Assembly (NCBI GenBank): GCA_051362555.1
Contig: CM120645.1
Coordinates: 7,192,001-7,256,000 of the forward strand
Direction: 5' to 3'
DNA length: 64,000 nt
From: Lingula anatina
Lineage: Eukaryota; Animalia; Brachiopoda
In this document: piece after piece, positions 26,193 to 38,503 of the stretch
How the letters are laid out: each line of letters begins with the position of its first letter
Numbering within the stretch: position 1 is the stretch's first letter
Position numbers and translations under genes: made by a program
The notes under the pieces: model-generated
The model's input: the letters and a program-made list of their open reading frames with translations, nothing else
What the model was told of the DNA's origin: nothing
Database searches by the model: none

Positions 26193-26648
26193 AACAAGGC
26201 AGCAAAACTGTCAAATGTACAGACAAAAAGCAGAAAATAATGATGCACAAAATAGATTATCATGTCAATTTTGATGCAATATTGCATATTGCTTTTAATG
26301 CTAAAACAACAACAAACTAAACCAAAATTTAATTATGCACAACGGATAACATCGATATTTAGAATCTGTAATTAGGATAAAGCTTCAGGCCCATGACAGT
26401 TCAGTGAAGACTGAAAATGCCAGAATGAGAAAAATGAAAAAAATTCACAAATATTTGCATAAATTCAAGAAAAAATAAACAAATTAATAACCAAACAAGC
26501 TTGTTTTCCAATTTTTGAGTTTTCGAGTTATATGTCTATCACAAGAATCATTCTTGTAAATTACAATATAATTTAAAACACAGTGCCCTAAATGAGTTTT
26601 CTTCAATTTTGGTTCAATATTACATAATGCTTGTGTCTGTAAGTAAAA
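26193..26648 (-). mobile_element. HINE-like family B remnant directly downstream of SGNH copy 1 (paralogue at ~36605-37055)
   Basis: AACAAG-GCAGC..CTGTC-AAATGTACAGACA at the left end and TGTGTCTGTA(AG)TAAAA at the right end, the same termini as 43025-45146. Confidence 0.55.
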
Positions 26649-26674
26649 GAGCTTTCGTTGTCACTTGAGACAGA

Positions 26675-28096
26675 CTAAGGCGACTGACAGATGTTCTTGT
26701 ATAACAGATGAGCAATGGTCTTGCCCACATCACCAGTGTGAATAGGTTCCCCCGGAATCTTAAGCATTGATCCACAAAGATAATGGACTCCGTCACATCT
26801 TCCATCAATATGCTGATTTGTAATATGAAAAACATCAAAAATATCCACACCTAGTTTAACCATATCCTTTTTTATCATGTCAGTAGCTGCAGCTTTTGAA
26901 AATCGATTGGATGTTCCTTGCACATGTCCCCCAGCAGGGATGGTGACAAAATAAATTTTGATGTTGTTAGTATTTGGGTTCGATCTCAAGCTTTTCAGAT
27001 AGTCCGTGAACTCTTTGGTTTCCTTATATAGCCGTGAAGGTCCATCATTTTGTTTTGATAAAGTCCATAAACCATAGCCTATCACAATAACATCAGAATT
27101 AGACCATTGCTGTTTAGATGACAGGTACTTTTTCAAATTTTTTTCAGCATCATGTGGATACCCACCCCATATAGCTCCAATGCTATCTTCAAAATGATAA
27201 AGTCCCTTTTTCAAATGTTGAGATATAAAAGTTTTCTTGCTTCCAAGCAACTCTAAAAGGTAAAAAGCTGCATATCGCATGTGAGAATCACCAACAAAAG
27301 CTATGCTGGCTTTCTTTCTTTTACATTCAGTCAGTTCCTTGGTTGTCATAAAGTGGAAGAGACAGTCATCCTCCGTAAACCACAGCCATGTTCCATTCTG
27401 TTTTATCCATTTGCCATTCCTGTATTCTATCGCAGTTTTCTGTTCACATATCTCTTTTCTAATTTTTGTCTTTTCTTTAGATTTACCTGGAGTAGGACAT
27501 AACTCAATCGGCTTGAATGTTTTCGCAATTTTTCCAGGGTTATTCTGCAAAAAGCCATGCCTTCTATAGGCCTCAAAATCAACATACTCCAAAGTTACTT
27601 TTACTTGAACACACTTGATGCCTGGCCGCCTACAACACACTTCATAAGTTCCATTGAAATGATCCTGAACTGAACAAAACAAACTCTCTTCCCCCTCTGC
27701 CAAAGTTCTAAAACTGCTTCCCCCTGATGTTGGAGATAGAATACCATGGTCCTTAGTTTTGGTTCTTTCAGTTATGATTGCTCTTAAGTGGGTAGTACCC
27801 ACCTCAGTGTGCATTTCGTGAACATATCGCTTTACTTTATTTTGATATATACGGTGTGCATCAGAGTTCTTCAATCCAACAAACATAGAGGTTGTGTCGT
27901 TCTTGCCAAATTTTAACCAGCAATGATAGAGTTTTTCTGCCTCATGGTACTCTTTCCCAGGGTTAACGCATGGCGAGCTCTTCCGAATACGTGTCATCCT
28001 GGGTTCAGTATCATTTTTCCAGACTTTAGTCATAAATAACAAGGAAACTATCGAGACAAAACACCCAGTCACAAACAATCTTCTGAAAAGCGTCAT
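26675..28096 (-). CDS. NXPE/PC-esterase-like SGNH acyltransferase/esterase, type II membrane protein, copy 1 (subtype A, 473 aa, single coding exon)
   Basis: N-terminal hydrophobic anchor; GGSSFR...VQDHFNGTY (resembles the NXPE N-domain GGD...D.NNGTY); AFVGDSHMR (catalytic Ser block); DGVH (DxxH). Uninterrupted 1422-nt ORF. Confidence 0.8.
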   Translation of the reverse strand: MTLFRRLFVTGCFVSIVSLLFMTKVWKNDTEPRMTRIRKSSPCVNPGKEYHEAEKLYHCWLKFGKNDTTSMFVGLKNSDAHRIYQNKVKRYVHEMHTEVGTTHLRAIITERTKTKDHGILSPTSGGSSFRTLAEGEESLFCSVQDHFNGTYEVCCRRPGIKCVQVKVTLEYVDFEAYRRHGFLQNNPGKIAKTFKPIELCPTPGKSKEKTKIRKEICEQKTAIEYRNGKWIKQNGTWLWFTEDDCLFHFMTTKELTECKRKKASIAFVGDSHMRYAAFYLLELLGSKKTFISQHLKKGLYHFEDSIGAIWGGYPHDAEKNLKKYLSSKQQWSNSDVIVIGYGLWTLSKQNDGPSRLYKETKEFTDYLKSLRSNPNTNNIKIYFVTIPAGGHVQGTSNRFSKAAATDMIKKDMVKLGVDIFDVFHITNQHIDGRCDGVHYLCGSMLKIPGEPIHTGDVGKTIAHLLYKNICQSP

Positions 28097-30680
28097 AGTA
28101 GTTGTTGTCAGTCAAGTATATACCAAAAAATAATTAAAAGGTACTTCTTCTTAAAAAGCAAACATATATCAGCAGTTTTCGTACTAAAAAACCTTCACTG
28201 TTAGTTGGGGAAATAATATGAGTGAGGGTCCAATTTGGTTTACCCGTTGCGTGGATGTCACTTTTTATCTCCTGACATGAGTGAAACGCTCATATTATTT
28301 AGTGTGAATTCCATTCCTGTGACTTGTGAATGCAACTCTCTTCTTCGTCAGTGGTTGTGATTTCGACCCTTGTTTCCTGTACTCCCAATGAGATATGAAT
28401 AAAGTTTAATTTACTGTGATCTGTATATTGATGATTTTATTTCCTGTGAATTGTGATCTCTACCCTCCTCAATGGAACCCTCAAGAATGGCTGGTGCTGT
28501 GACTGCATTATGAATTACTTATTGCATATATTGCATATCACTTGATAATTCAGTAGGACGGATTCAAACCAAGCTCATGCTGGTCAAAGAAAATTCATTT
28601 GAGCTGACAGAGATAGAATTTTTTCTTTGAAAGTTTTCGTGTAAATATCTAATTTAATTTAGCTGTATAGTTCGTCTTTCATATCTTTTGGGTAATCTTA
28701 AGATTATCATGGCTTCATGACAACAGACTTTGTAAAGTTTTCGTGTAAATATCTAATTAGCTGTATAATTCGTCTTCCATATCTTTTTATGAACTTTCAT
28801 ATGGCCCCTTATGTACTAGTACTGTATTTTAGATCATGCTGGCAATCTAGGTCTAAAAAACTTAATTTGAGATGAGAAAGAAATTTTCTTTGGAAGTTTT
28901 CCCGTAAATATCTAATGAGCTGTATGTTTTGTGTTCCACATCCTCTTAAGATGGAATCATGACAACAGACTTCTTAATGGGTCTACATTTTAAAAAATAT
29001 TTTACCTAGAGCTCTTATGCCAAGTTCTTCCTTAAATTAAGCTATGCTCAACTCTGACAAGAATGATTTTATATTGAGCAAACTTAATAGGATTTCATAA
29101 TTTTTTTCAAAATACCATAAACATGTTGACATTTAATTGCTCCTTTACAACTGCTTTAAATACCCACACACTAGTGTCTACAGTCAGATTTCTATTGCAT
29201 TGTGAATCTTTTATTAATATTCACCTGTTAATAACTGCTCACTAGCATTTGTTAGATAATAAGCCTGTTAATGTGAGCCAACAGAGGTATTAAAGGTATA
29301 ATAACTCTTCGTTTTGGCCAAAAAATGAATTTTCCTGGAGTAAACAACAATTTTCCCAGTACTTACCAATGGTTAATGAATCCATTTTTACATTCAAAGT
29401 TAGTCCCTGGTTTTTTTCTAAAAAGTTTGTTTTTTTGTTAAATCTCTTAAGAGATTATAACAGAGTACAGCCATCAATGGAGGTCACGTGATCTGAAGAC
29501 AAGTTCAGATATCAGAATAATAGCTATAACTGCCGTTTTTGTGGTAAAACAGAATATATTATATTTCTATGAGTTGTTCACAATGTTTTTTTTTTTGTGA
29601 AATATAGATTTCATATGAAGAGTTATTATCCCTTTAACTGTGACCTCAGTTTTATTATTGTCTTTTTTAATGAACAACAGAAAAAGAAGCCAATTAGACT
29701 GCTTTTCCAACTCAGGATGCATTTTAGTCCTATGCTTAGGAAGAGTAAGTGACATGTTTTTTCTTTAATAGTAACTATGGAGGCACTGCCCAAAATAGGA
29801 TTTTCTTCAGTTCTGATGATATATAACGTAATGCTAAACAGCATAACGACCATCAATTTTGAATAAAAAAATAAAATAAAATAAGATATTCAGAAAATGT
29901 GACTTGCAAAGGTATTCAAGCCTAGTGAAGTTCAAAGTCACACCTTGAAAACGTCAGTATGTAAAAAATTGAATTCTGACAAAACATTATATCATTTCCA
30001 GAAAAGTCAAACAATAAGACAGGTTTTCCAATTGAAGCTTAATTTTAGTCCTATGTTACCTTTCTGTTAGTTTGAGAAGAGCAAGTGACATGGTTTTCCT
30101 TGAATGGTTACTATGGAGGCAGTGCCCAAAATAGGGTTTTCCTTATTTTGAAGCAATATTACATAATGCTTAACAGCATGATGACCATCAATTTTTAATA
30201 ATAAAACAAGTGTATAATAGATATTCAGGAAATGTGACTAGCAAAGGTCTTCAAGCCCATGGAAGACCAGAGTCACACCTTAAATATGTCAAAATGTAAA
30301 CAAGAGGTACTGTAATGAAATGAGTTTCATTCCATTGCCAAAACTTTTTTTCACATCAAACAAAATAATCAATTTACTGTCATTTTTATATAATCAACTA
30401 AGAAAATTGTTGAAATAGGAAAAATATCAATAGAATTATTTTGTATGTCTAATTTGCTCCATTCTGAGATTCTGAACATAGTGAATGATTTAATCTGACA
30501 AACTGCAATGATATGAATTCATTTCCATTTTTGACACTTTATTACACATACAATACACCAAAACAGGTTTAAATTACCATCTTTTTTGTATAATCAACAA
30601 CTTACAATATTGTTAAGATGCAGATAATGTCAAAAAAACACTCTTACTTATCTAATTAATTCAATAATGAGACTCTTAAC

Positions 30681-31464
30681 TACCCTAGGTTCTAGATTTC
30701 CGTAATGCCAGCTCGATCTTGATTTCATATATAACCCATATCTGCAATACGAAACTCTAGCCACTTGCGGCAGATTGAGGGCGTGTTTGTCAAAATTTTG
30801 CCTGGGGCACTTCCATATTTGGAAGTCACAAGTCAGAGCTGTATCTGCCTGAGCTCCATATTTGGAAGTCATAAGTCTCATACGTCACAGCTTTGACTGC
30901 CTGGAGCTGACTTTCCTGCCTTGCGCTGACATTATCTCATGCAGACGAGACAAGAAACAAAGTGACTGACATGGAGTTTTAAGTTTAAACCATAGAGCTA
31001 CTTCTCTGTTTAAACTAAGGATATCTTGCAGTAGAAGGTCAGTACCACAACACAAGCAACATTCTGCTTTAAAAACTGATTTTGGTCTAGCCATTGCGCA
31101 GCCCTTATAGTGGTATCGGGCATACAGTATATCTGTCAAACTTGGCACATGGCAAGCACATGTATTGTGTTAATATCTTCAGGAGCAAATGTTCTTTGAT
31201 AAGCAAAAAATACAAAAACATTGGATATACTTTGAGAAACATATTATTCATTTTTCACTTTACATCTTAAAAATACAGTAAATAAAATTAAAGCAGAATT
31301 AAATCTGTTTCACGTTTCATTTTGGTCTAATGACATTCAACTGCAGATTCACTGTTGAGCAGTTCTTTTTGATTGACGGAAATCGTGCAATGTGGCTATT
31401 CCTCAGGGCCACTGTTGAAGCCCGCGGACAGGTCTAGCTTCACAGTGGTCCTGACACTCGGAGC
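30681..31464. mobile_element. Unclassified 784-bp insertion with a 9-bp target-site duplication
   Basis: Flanked by ACTCTTAAC at 30672-30680 and 31465-31473. The paralogous site at 42676-42684 has one ACTCTTAAC and no insert. Confidence 0.8.
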
Positions 31465-31514
31465 ACTCTTAACATGCATATGAATTAAATCTGAGGAAAA
31501 ACCATTTACATACA

Positions 31515-32620
31515 AAAAAAAGGCATAACTTAATCAAAACTTAACCTATCAAGTTTATTTTCGAACTTGATCTGTATTTTAGTATGATTGATCACTCTTG
31601 TAGGATTCAAGTTAATAGGCCTATCCGAGTATCGGTTTTCCTTGAAATGTGTTATCAGTGTTGCATATATGCCTTAAAAAGCAAAAAGCAGCATAACTTC
31701 TGAAAAAAGGCCCTATCAAACTGATTTTTGAACTGAACCCGCATTTTATGGATATTCATCAGTTTTGTAAGTTTCAAGCCAAAAGGTAAAATGGTTTTCC
31801 ACTTATTGTGATATTGTATTACATATATGCTGAAAAAAGCAAAAAACAGCATAACCTTGAAAATATTGTGATTTCTTTGGTTGTCATGCTGATTTTCAAA
31901 CTCAACCTGCATTTTATGGTTATTCATCAGTTCTGTAAATTTCAAGCCAAAAGGTAAAACGGTTTTCCACTTAATATTGTGTTACTGATGTTGCACATAT
32001 GCTGATAAAGGCTACAAAAAGCATAACTTTTGAAAAAATGTCCTCATCATCCTGATTTTGGAACTTGACCTGCATTTTATGAATATTCATGAGTTCTATA
32101 AGTTTCATGTCAAAAGGTAAAATGGTTTTCCACTTACCTAGTTGTCCATGTTGCAAATATTAAAAAAGTGTAAAAAAAAATATAACTTTTATGAAAATGG
32201 CCCATTCATGCTGATTTTCAAACATGACCTGTGTTTTATGAATATTCATCAGTTCTGTAGGTTTCAAGCCAAAAGGTAAAATGGTTTTCCACTTATCGTG
32301 TTATCCGCGAAAGTGCACAGCAACAACGGCCATAACAGCGACAGTGACAACAGACACAAGTGACAGCTTTATGCACAGTCACATATGTGTCTGTACATAA
32401 AAACAGCATAACTTTTAAGAAAATGGCCCAATGAAGCTGATTTCCGAACTAGTCTGCATTTTATGAATATTCACGGATTATGTAAGTTTGACGACAAAAG
32501 GCCAAATGGTTTTGGAATTCTTGCACTACCCTCCAAAGTGCACTGCAACAGCTATGGCAACTACAGAAACAGGTGATGGCTATATGAACAGACATCTCTG
32601 TTAATTTGTACATACTAAAA
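31515..32620. repeat. Degenerate ~160-bp satellite array ending in HINE-B terminal modules
   Basis: Recurring AAACAGCATAACTTT...CTGATTTT.GAACTTGACCTGCATTTTATG...AAAAGGTAAAATGGTTTTCCACTT units, then a (GAC/AAC)-rich tract and ...TGTGTCTGTACATAAAA at ~32385-32403. Confidence 0.7.
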
Positions 32621-32656
32621 GAGCTTGCTATTGTCATTTAAAACAGACTAAGGCGA

Positions 32657-33970
32657 CTAAGAGATGACTTTGTATAATACATGGGCAATGGTCTTGCCAA
32701 CATCACCAATGTGAATAGGATCCCCTGGAAACTTAGCCACTGATCCGCAATGATAATGGAGGGAGTCACATCTTCCATCAATATGCTGATTTGTAATATA
32801 AAAAGTATCAAAAATATCCACCCTTAGTTCAACCATGTCCTTTTTTATCATATCACTAGCTGCAGCTTTTGAAAATCGATTGCATGTTCCTTGCGCACGT
32901 CCCCCAGCAGGGATGGTGACAAAATAAATTTTGATGTTGCTAGTATTTGGGTTCGATCTCAAACTTTTCAGATAGTCAGTGAACTCTTTGGTTTCCTTAT
33001 ATAGCCGTGAAGGTCCATCATTTTGTTTTGATAAAGTCCATAAACCATAGCCTATCACAATCACATCAGAATCAGACCATTGTTGTTTAGAGGAAAGGTA
33101 CCTTTTTAAATTTTCTTTTGCATCATATGGATACCCACCCCACATAGCTCCAATGTTGTCTTCAAAATGATACAGTCCCTGCTTTAGTTGTTGAGTTATA
33201 AAAGTTTCCTTGCTTCCAAGTAACTCCAAAAGGTAAAAAGCTGCATATCGCATGTGAGAATCACCAACAAAAGCTATGCTGGTTTTCTTTCTTTTACATT
33301 CAAACAGTTCCTTGGTTGTCATAAAGTGGAAGAGACAGTCATCCTCTGTAAACCACAGTCATGTTCCATTCTGTTTTATCCATTTGCCATTCATGTAATC
33401 TAAAACAGTTTTCTGTTCACAAATCTCTTTTCTAATTTTTGTCTTTTCTTTAGATATACCTGGAGAAGGACATAACTCGATTGGCTTGAATGTTTTTGTA
33501 ATTTTTCCAGGGTAACCCTGCAAAATGCCATGACTTCTATAGGCCTCAAAGTCAACATACTCCAAAGTGACTTTTACTTGAACACACTTGATGCTTGGCC
33601 GCCTACAACACACTTCATAAGTTCCACTGAAATGATCCTGAACTGAACAAAACAAACTCTCTTCCCCCTCTGCCAAAGTTCTAAAACTGCTTCCCCCCGA
33701 TGTTGGAGATAGAATACCCGGTAGAATATCATTGTCCTTAGTTTTGGTCCTTTCAGTTATGATTGCTCTTAAGTGGGTAGTACCCACCTCAGTGTGCATT
33801 TCATGAACATATTGCTTTACTTTATTTTGATATATACGGTGTGCATCAGAGTTTTTCAATCCAACAAACAAAGAGGTTGTGTCGTTCTTGCCAAATTTTG
33901 ACCAGCAATGATAGAGTTTTTCTGCCTCATGGTACTCTTTCCCAGGTTTAACGCATGGCAAGCTCTTCAT
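32657..33970 (-). pseudogene. SGNH copy 2: 5'-truncated, A/B chimeric, one in-frame nonsense codon
   Basis: TGG(Trp)->TGA at 33361-33359 splits one frame into ORFs 33359-33970 and 32657-33322. The transmembrane region is deleted, and a 12-nt insertion gives DNDILPGILSP. Confidence 0.85.
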
Positions 33971-36141
33971 GGCGAGATATAAATAAAGTTTAATTTACTG
34001 TGATCTGTATATTGATGATTTTATTTCCTGTGAATTGTGATCTCTACCCTCCTCAATGGAACCCTCAAGAGTGGCTGGTGCTCTGACTGCATTATGAATT
34101 ACTTATTGCATCATATATCACTTGATAATTCAGTAGGACAAATTCAAACCAATGTCATGCTGGTAAAAGAAAATTAATTTGAGGTGACAGAGATATAATT
34201 TTTTCTTCGAAAGTTTTTGCGTAAATATTTTTATAAGCTGTATAGTTCATCTTTCATATCTTTTGGCTAATCTTAGGATTATCATGGATTCATGACAATT
34301 AACAGACTTTGTAAAGTTTTCGTGTAAATATCTTATTAGCTGTATAATTCGTCTTCCATATCTTTTTATGAACTTTCATATGGACCCTTATGTACTGTAT
34401 TTTAGATCATGCTGGCAATCTAGGTCTAAAAAACTTAATTTGAGATGAGAAAGAAATTTTCTTTGGAAGTTTTCCCGTAAATATCTAATGAGCTGTATGT
34501 TTCGTGTTCCACATCCTCTAGCTGGCTAATCTTAAGATGGAATCATGACAACAGACTTCTTAATGGGTCTACATTTTAAAAAATATTTTACCTAGAGCTC
34601 TTATGCCAAGTTCTTCCTTAAATTAAGCTATGCTCAACTCTGAAAAGAATGATTTTATATTGAGCAAACTTAATAGGATTTCATAATTTTTTTTCAAAAT
34701 ACCATAAACATGCTGACATTTTATTGCTCCTTTACAACTGCTTTATATGCCCACACACTAGTGTCTACAGTCAGATTTCTATTGCATTGTGAATCTTTTA
34801 TTAATATTCACCTGTCATTAACTGCTTACTGGCATTTGTTAGATAATAAGCCTGTTAATGTGAGCCAACAGAGGTATTAAAGGTATAATAACTCTTCGTT
34901 TTGGCCAAAAAATGAATTTTCCTGGAGTAAACAACAATTTTCCCATACTTACCAATGGTTAATGAATCCATTTTTTTCATTCAAAGTTAGTCCCTGTTTT
35001 TTTTCTAAAAAGTTTGTTTTTTTGTTAAAATCTCTTAAGAGATTATAACAGAGTACAGCCATCAATGGAGGTCACGTGATCTGAAAACAAATTCAGATAT
35101 CAGAATAATAGCTATAATTGCCGTTTTTGTGGTAAGACAGAATTTATTATATTTCTATGAGTTGTTCACAATGTTTTTATTGTGAAATATAGATATCGTA
35201 TGAAGAGTTATTATCCCTTTAACTGTGACCTCAGTTTTATTATTGTCTTTTTTAATGAACAACAGAAAAAGAAGCCAATTAGACTGCTTTTCCAACTCAG
35301 GATGCATTTTAGTCCTATGCTTCTTTCCTGTTAGTTTAGGAAGAGTAAGTGACATGTTTTTTCTTTAATAGTAACTATGGAAGCACTGCCCAAAATAGGA
35401 TTTTCTTCAGTTCTGATGATATATAACATAATGCTAAACAGCATAATGACCATCAATTTTGAATAAAAAAATAAAATAAAATAAGATATTCAGAAAATGT
35501 GACTTGCAAAGGTATTCAAGCCAAGTGAAGTTCAAAGTCACACCTTGAAAACTTCAGTATGTAAAAAATTTAATTCTGACCAAAAATTATATAATTTCTA
35601 GAAAAGTCAAACAATAAGACAGGTTTTTCAATTGAAGCTTTATTTTAGTCATTTGTTACCTTTCTGTAAGTTTGAGAAGAGCAAGTGACATGGTTTTCCT
35701 TGAATGGTTACTATGGAGGCAGTGCCCAAAATGGTAAAATGGTTTTCAACAGATCATGTTTTACTTCTCTGTGTCTGTACATAAAAAGGTCAGTCAAGTC
35801 AATGTGATGAATGTTTTAGGCAATAATTGACTGCTTTCTGTCAGACATAAAAATGGCTCCTCTGACCACAGTTGTTACACATGTGGATGGCTTCAAAACA
35901 GAACAAATGGCAATGGCAGCACAAGTTGGGACTAAACTAAATGGCCTAAAATACATCCAGATTACTGTTGCCCTTGACTGACTGGAACAGAAAGACTCAG
36001 TCACAGCCCAAAAATGTGAGTCGTTTCAGAGGGTGCTCCCCCCAAATGCATCCTCCATGTTTTAATGCAACATTCTTAATAGGACTTATGAGTCTCTACT
36101 GAAAAGATTGAGTGTTTTTTATTTTAGCAAACTAAACAGAA

Positions 36142-36145
<4 letters not shown>

Positions 36146-36211
<66 letters not shown>
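36146..36211. repeat. (TA)n microsatellite at the centre of an AT-rich palindrome
   Basis: Expanded relative to the paralogue at ~25774-25793. Confidence 0.9.
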
Positions 36212-36218
<7 letters not shown>

Positions 36219-37081
36219 TAAATAAAAAAAACACTACACGTATCAACCCCAACTCTGAGTTTCATGGGCATACCCAAAAATTAAGCCTGATCGTCAGGTG
36301 TTTATTTGAAAATTATTTATTATAAATATATATGTTGACATTATAATGTACCTTCACAAGTGCTTTACATGTTAGTGCTTCTAAAAGCTTTTTCCCCTCT
36401 GACCAGTGAAAATTAAAATTGTTTGAGAAACAAGTAATTTTAAAAAAAGCACTTGCCTTACACCAGTCTCCTATAAGTACACACACAAAGAAGGAAAAGG
36501 TTACCCTCCGTTATTTTACTAACAATTAGACACAATTTGATACAATCCTAGCATGAATTAATTTAAATGAATTAAATATTTAGATATCCCATATCATAAT
36601 TCATAACAAGGCAGCAAAACTGTCAAATGTACAGACAAAAAGCAGAAAATAATGATGCACAAAATAGATTATCATGTCAATTTTGATGCAATATTGCATA
36701 TTGCTTTTAATGCTAAAACAACAACAAACTAAATCAAAATTTAATTATGCACAACGGATAACATCGATATTTAGAATCTGTAACTAGGATAAGGCTTCAG
36801 GCCCATGACAGTTCAGTGAAGACTTTGAAAATGCCAGAATGAGAAAAATGAAAAAAATTCACAAATATTTGCATAAATTCAAGAAAAAATAAACAAATTA
36901 ATAACCAAACAAGCTTGTTTTCCAATTTTTTCAGTTATATGTCTATCACAAGAATCATTCTTGTACATTACAATATAATTTAAAACACAGTGCCCTAAAT
37001 GAGTTTTCTTCAATTTTGGTACAATATTACATAATGCTTGTCTCTGTAAATAAAAGAGCTTTCGTTGTCACTTGAGACAGA

Positions 37082-38503
37082 CTAAGGCGACTGACAGATG
37101 TTCTTGTATAACAGATGAGCAATGGTCTTGCCCACATCACCAGTGTGAATGGGTTCCCCTGGAATCTTAGGCATTGATCCACAAAGATAATGGACTGCGT
37201 CACATCTTCCATCAATATGCTGATTTGTAATATGAAAAACATCAAAAATATCCACACCTAGTTTAACCATATCCTTTTTTATCATGTCAGTAGCTGCAGC
37301 TTTTGAAAATCGATTGGATGTTCCTTGCACATGTCCCCCAGCAGGGATGGTGACAAAATAAATTTTGATGTTGCTAGTATTTGGGTTCGATTTCAAACTT
37401 TTCAGATAGTCAGTGAACTCTTTGGTTTCCTTATATAGCCGTGAAGGTCCATCATTTTGTTTTGATAAAGTCCATAAACCATAGCCAATCACAATCACAT
37501 CAGAATTAGTCCATTGCTGTTTAGATGACAGGTACTTTTTCAAATTTTTTTCAGCCTCATATGGATACCCACCCCACATAACTCCAATGCTGTCTTCAAA
37601 ATGATAAAGTCCCTTTTTCAGAGGTAGAGACATAAAAGTTTTCTTGATTCCAAGCAACTCTAAAAGGTAAAAAGCTGTATATCGCATGTGAGAATCACCA
37701 ACAAAAGCTATGCTGGCTTTCTTTCTTTGACATTCAGTCAGTTCCTTGGTTGTCATGAAGTGGAAGAGACAATCATCTTCTGTAAACCACAGCCATGTTC
37801 CATTCTGTTTTATCCATTTGCCATTCCTGTATTCTAACGCAGTTTTCTGTTCACAAATCTCTTTTCTAATTTTTGTCTTTTCTTTAGCTTTACCTGGAGT
37901 GGGACATAACTCAATCGGCTTGAATGTTTTTGCAATTTTTCCAGGGCTATTCTGCAAAAAGCCATGCCTTCTATAGGCCTCAAAATCAACATACTCCAAA
38001 GTCACTTTTACTTGAACACACTTGATGCTTGGCCGCCTACAACACACTTCATAAGTTCCATTGAAATGATCCTGAACTGAACAAAACAAACTCTCCTCCC
38101 CCTCTGCCAAAGTACTAAAACTGCTTCCCCCTGATGTTGGAGATAGAATACCATGGTCCTTAGTTTTGGTCCTTTCAGTTATGATTGCTCTTAAGTGGGT
38201 AGTGCCCACCTCAGTGTGCATTTCGTGAACATATTGCTTTACTTTATTTTGATATATACGGTGTGCATCAGAGTTCTTCAATCCAACAAACATAGAGGTT
38301 GTGTCGTTCTTGCCAAATTTTGACCAGCAATGATAGAGTTTTTCTGCCTCATGGTACTCTTTCCCAGGGTTAACGCATGGCGAGCTCTTCTGAACACGTG
38401 TCATCCTGGGTTCAGTATCATTTTTCCAGACTTTAGTCATAAATAACAAGGAAACTATCGAGACAAAACACCCAGTCACAAACAATCTTCTGAAAAGCGT
38501 CAT
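37082..38503 (-). CDS. NXPE/PC-esterase-like SGNH protein, copy 3 (subtype A, 473 aa)
   Basis: Intact ORF with roughly 24 substitutions versus copy 1 (counted by eye); GDS and DAVH motifs retained. Confidence 0.8.
   Translation of the reverse strand: MTLFRRLFVTGCFVSIVSLLFMTKVWKNDTEPRMTRVQKSSPCVNPGKEYHEAEKLYHCWSKFGKNDTTSMFVGLKNSDAHRIYQNKVKQYVHEMHTEVGTTHLRAIITERTKTKDHGILSPTSGGSSFSTLAEGEESLFCSVQDHFNGTYEVCCRRPSIKCVQVKVTLEYVDFEAYRRHGFLQNSPGKIAKTFKPIELCPTPGKAKEKTKIRKEICEQKTALEYRNGKWIKQNGTWLWFTEDDCLFHFMTTKELTECQRKKASIAFVGDSHMRYTAFYLLELLGIKKTFMSLPLKKGLYHFEDSIGVMWGGYPYEAEKNLKKYLSSKQQWTNSDVIVIGYGLWTLSKQNDGPSRLYKETKEFTDYLKSLKSNPNTSNIKIYFVTIPAGGHVQGTSNRFSKAAATDMIKKDMVKLGVDIFDVFHITNQHIDGRCDAVHYLCGSMPKIPGEPIHTGDVGKTIAHLLYKNICQSP

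Noticed and set aside
31655-32156. Repeated MQVKF..KWKTILPF ORFs (also 42652-42903, and 40339-40578 in the other array)
   Set aside because: Chance translations of satellite units.
33359-33361. In-frame TGA as selenocysteine
   Set aside because: It aligns to Trp (TGG), not Cys, in three paralogues, and no SECIS was recognised.
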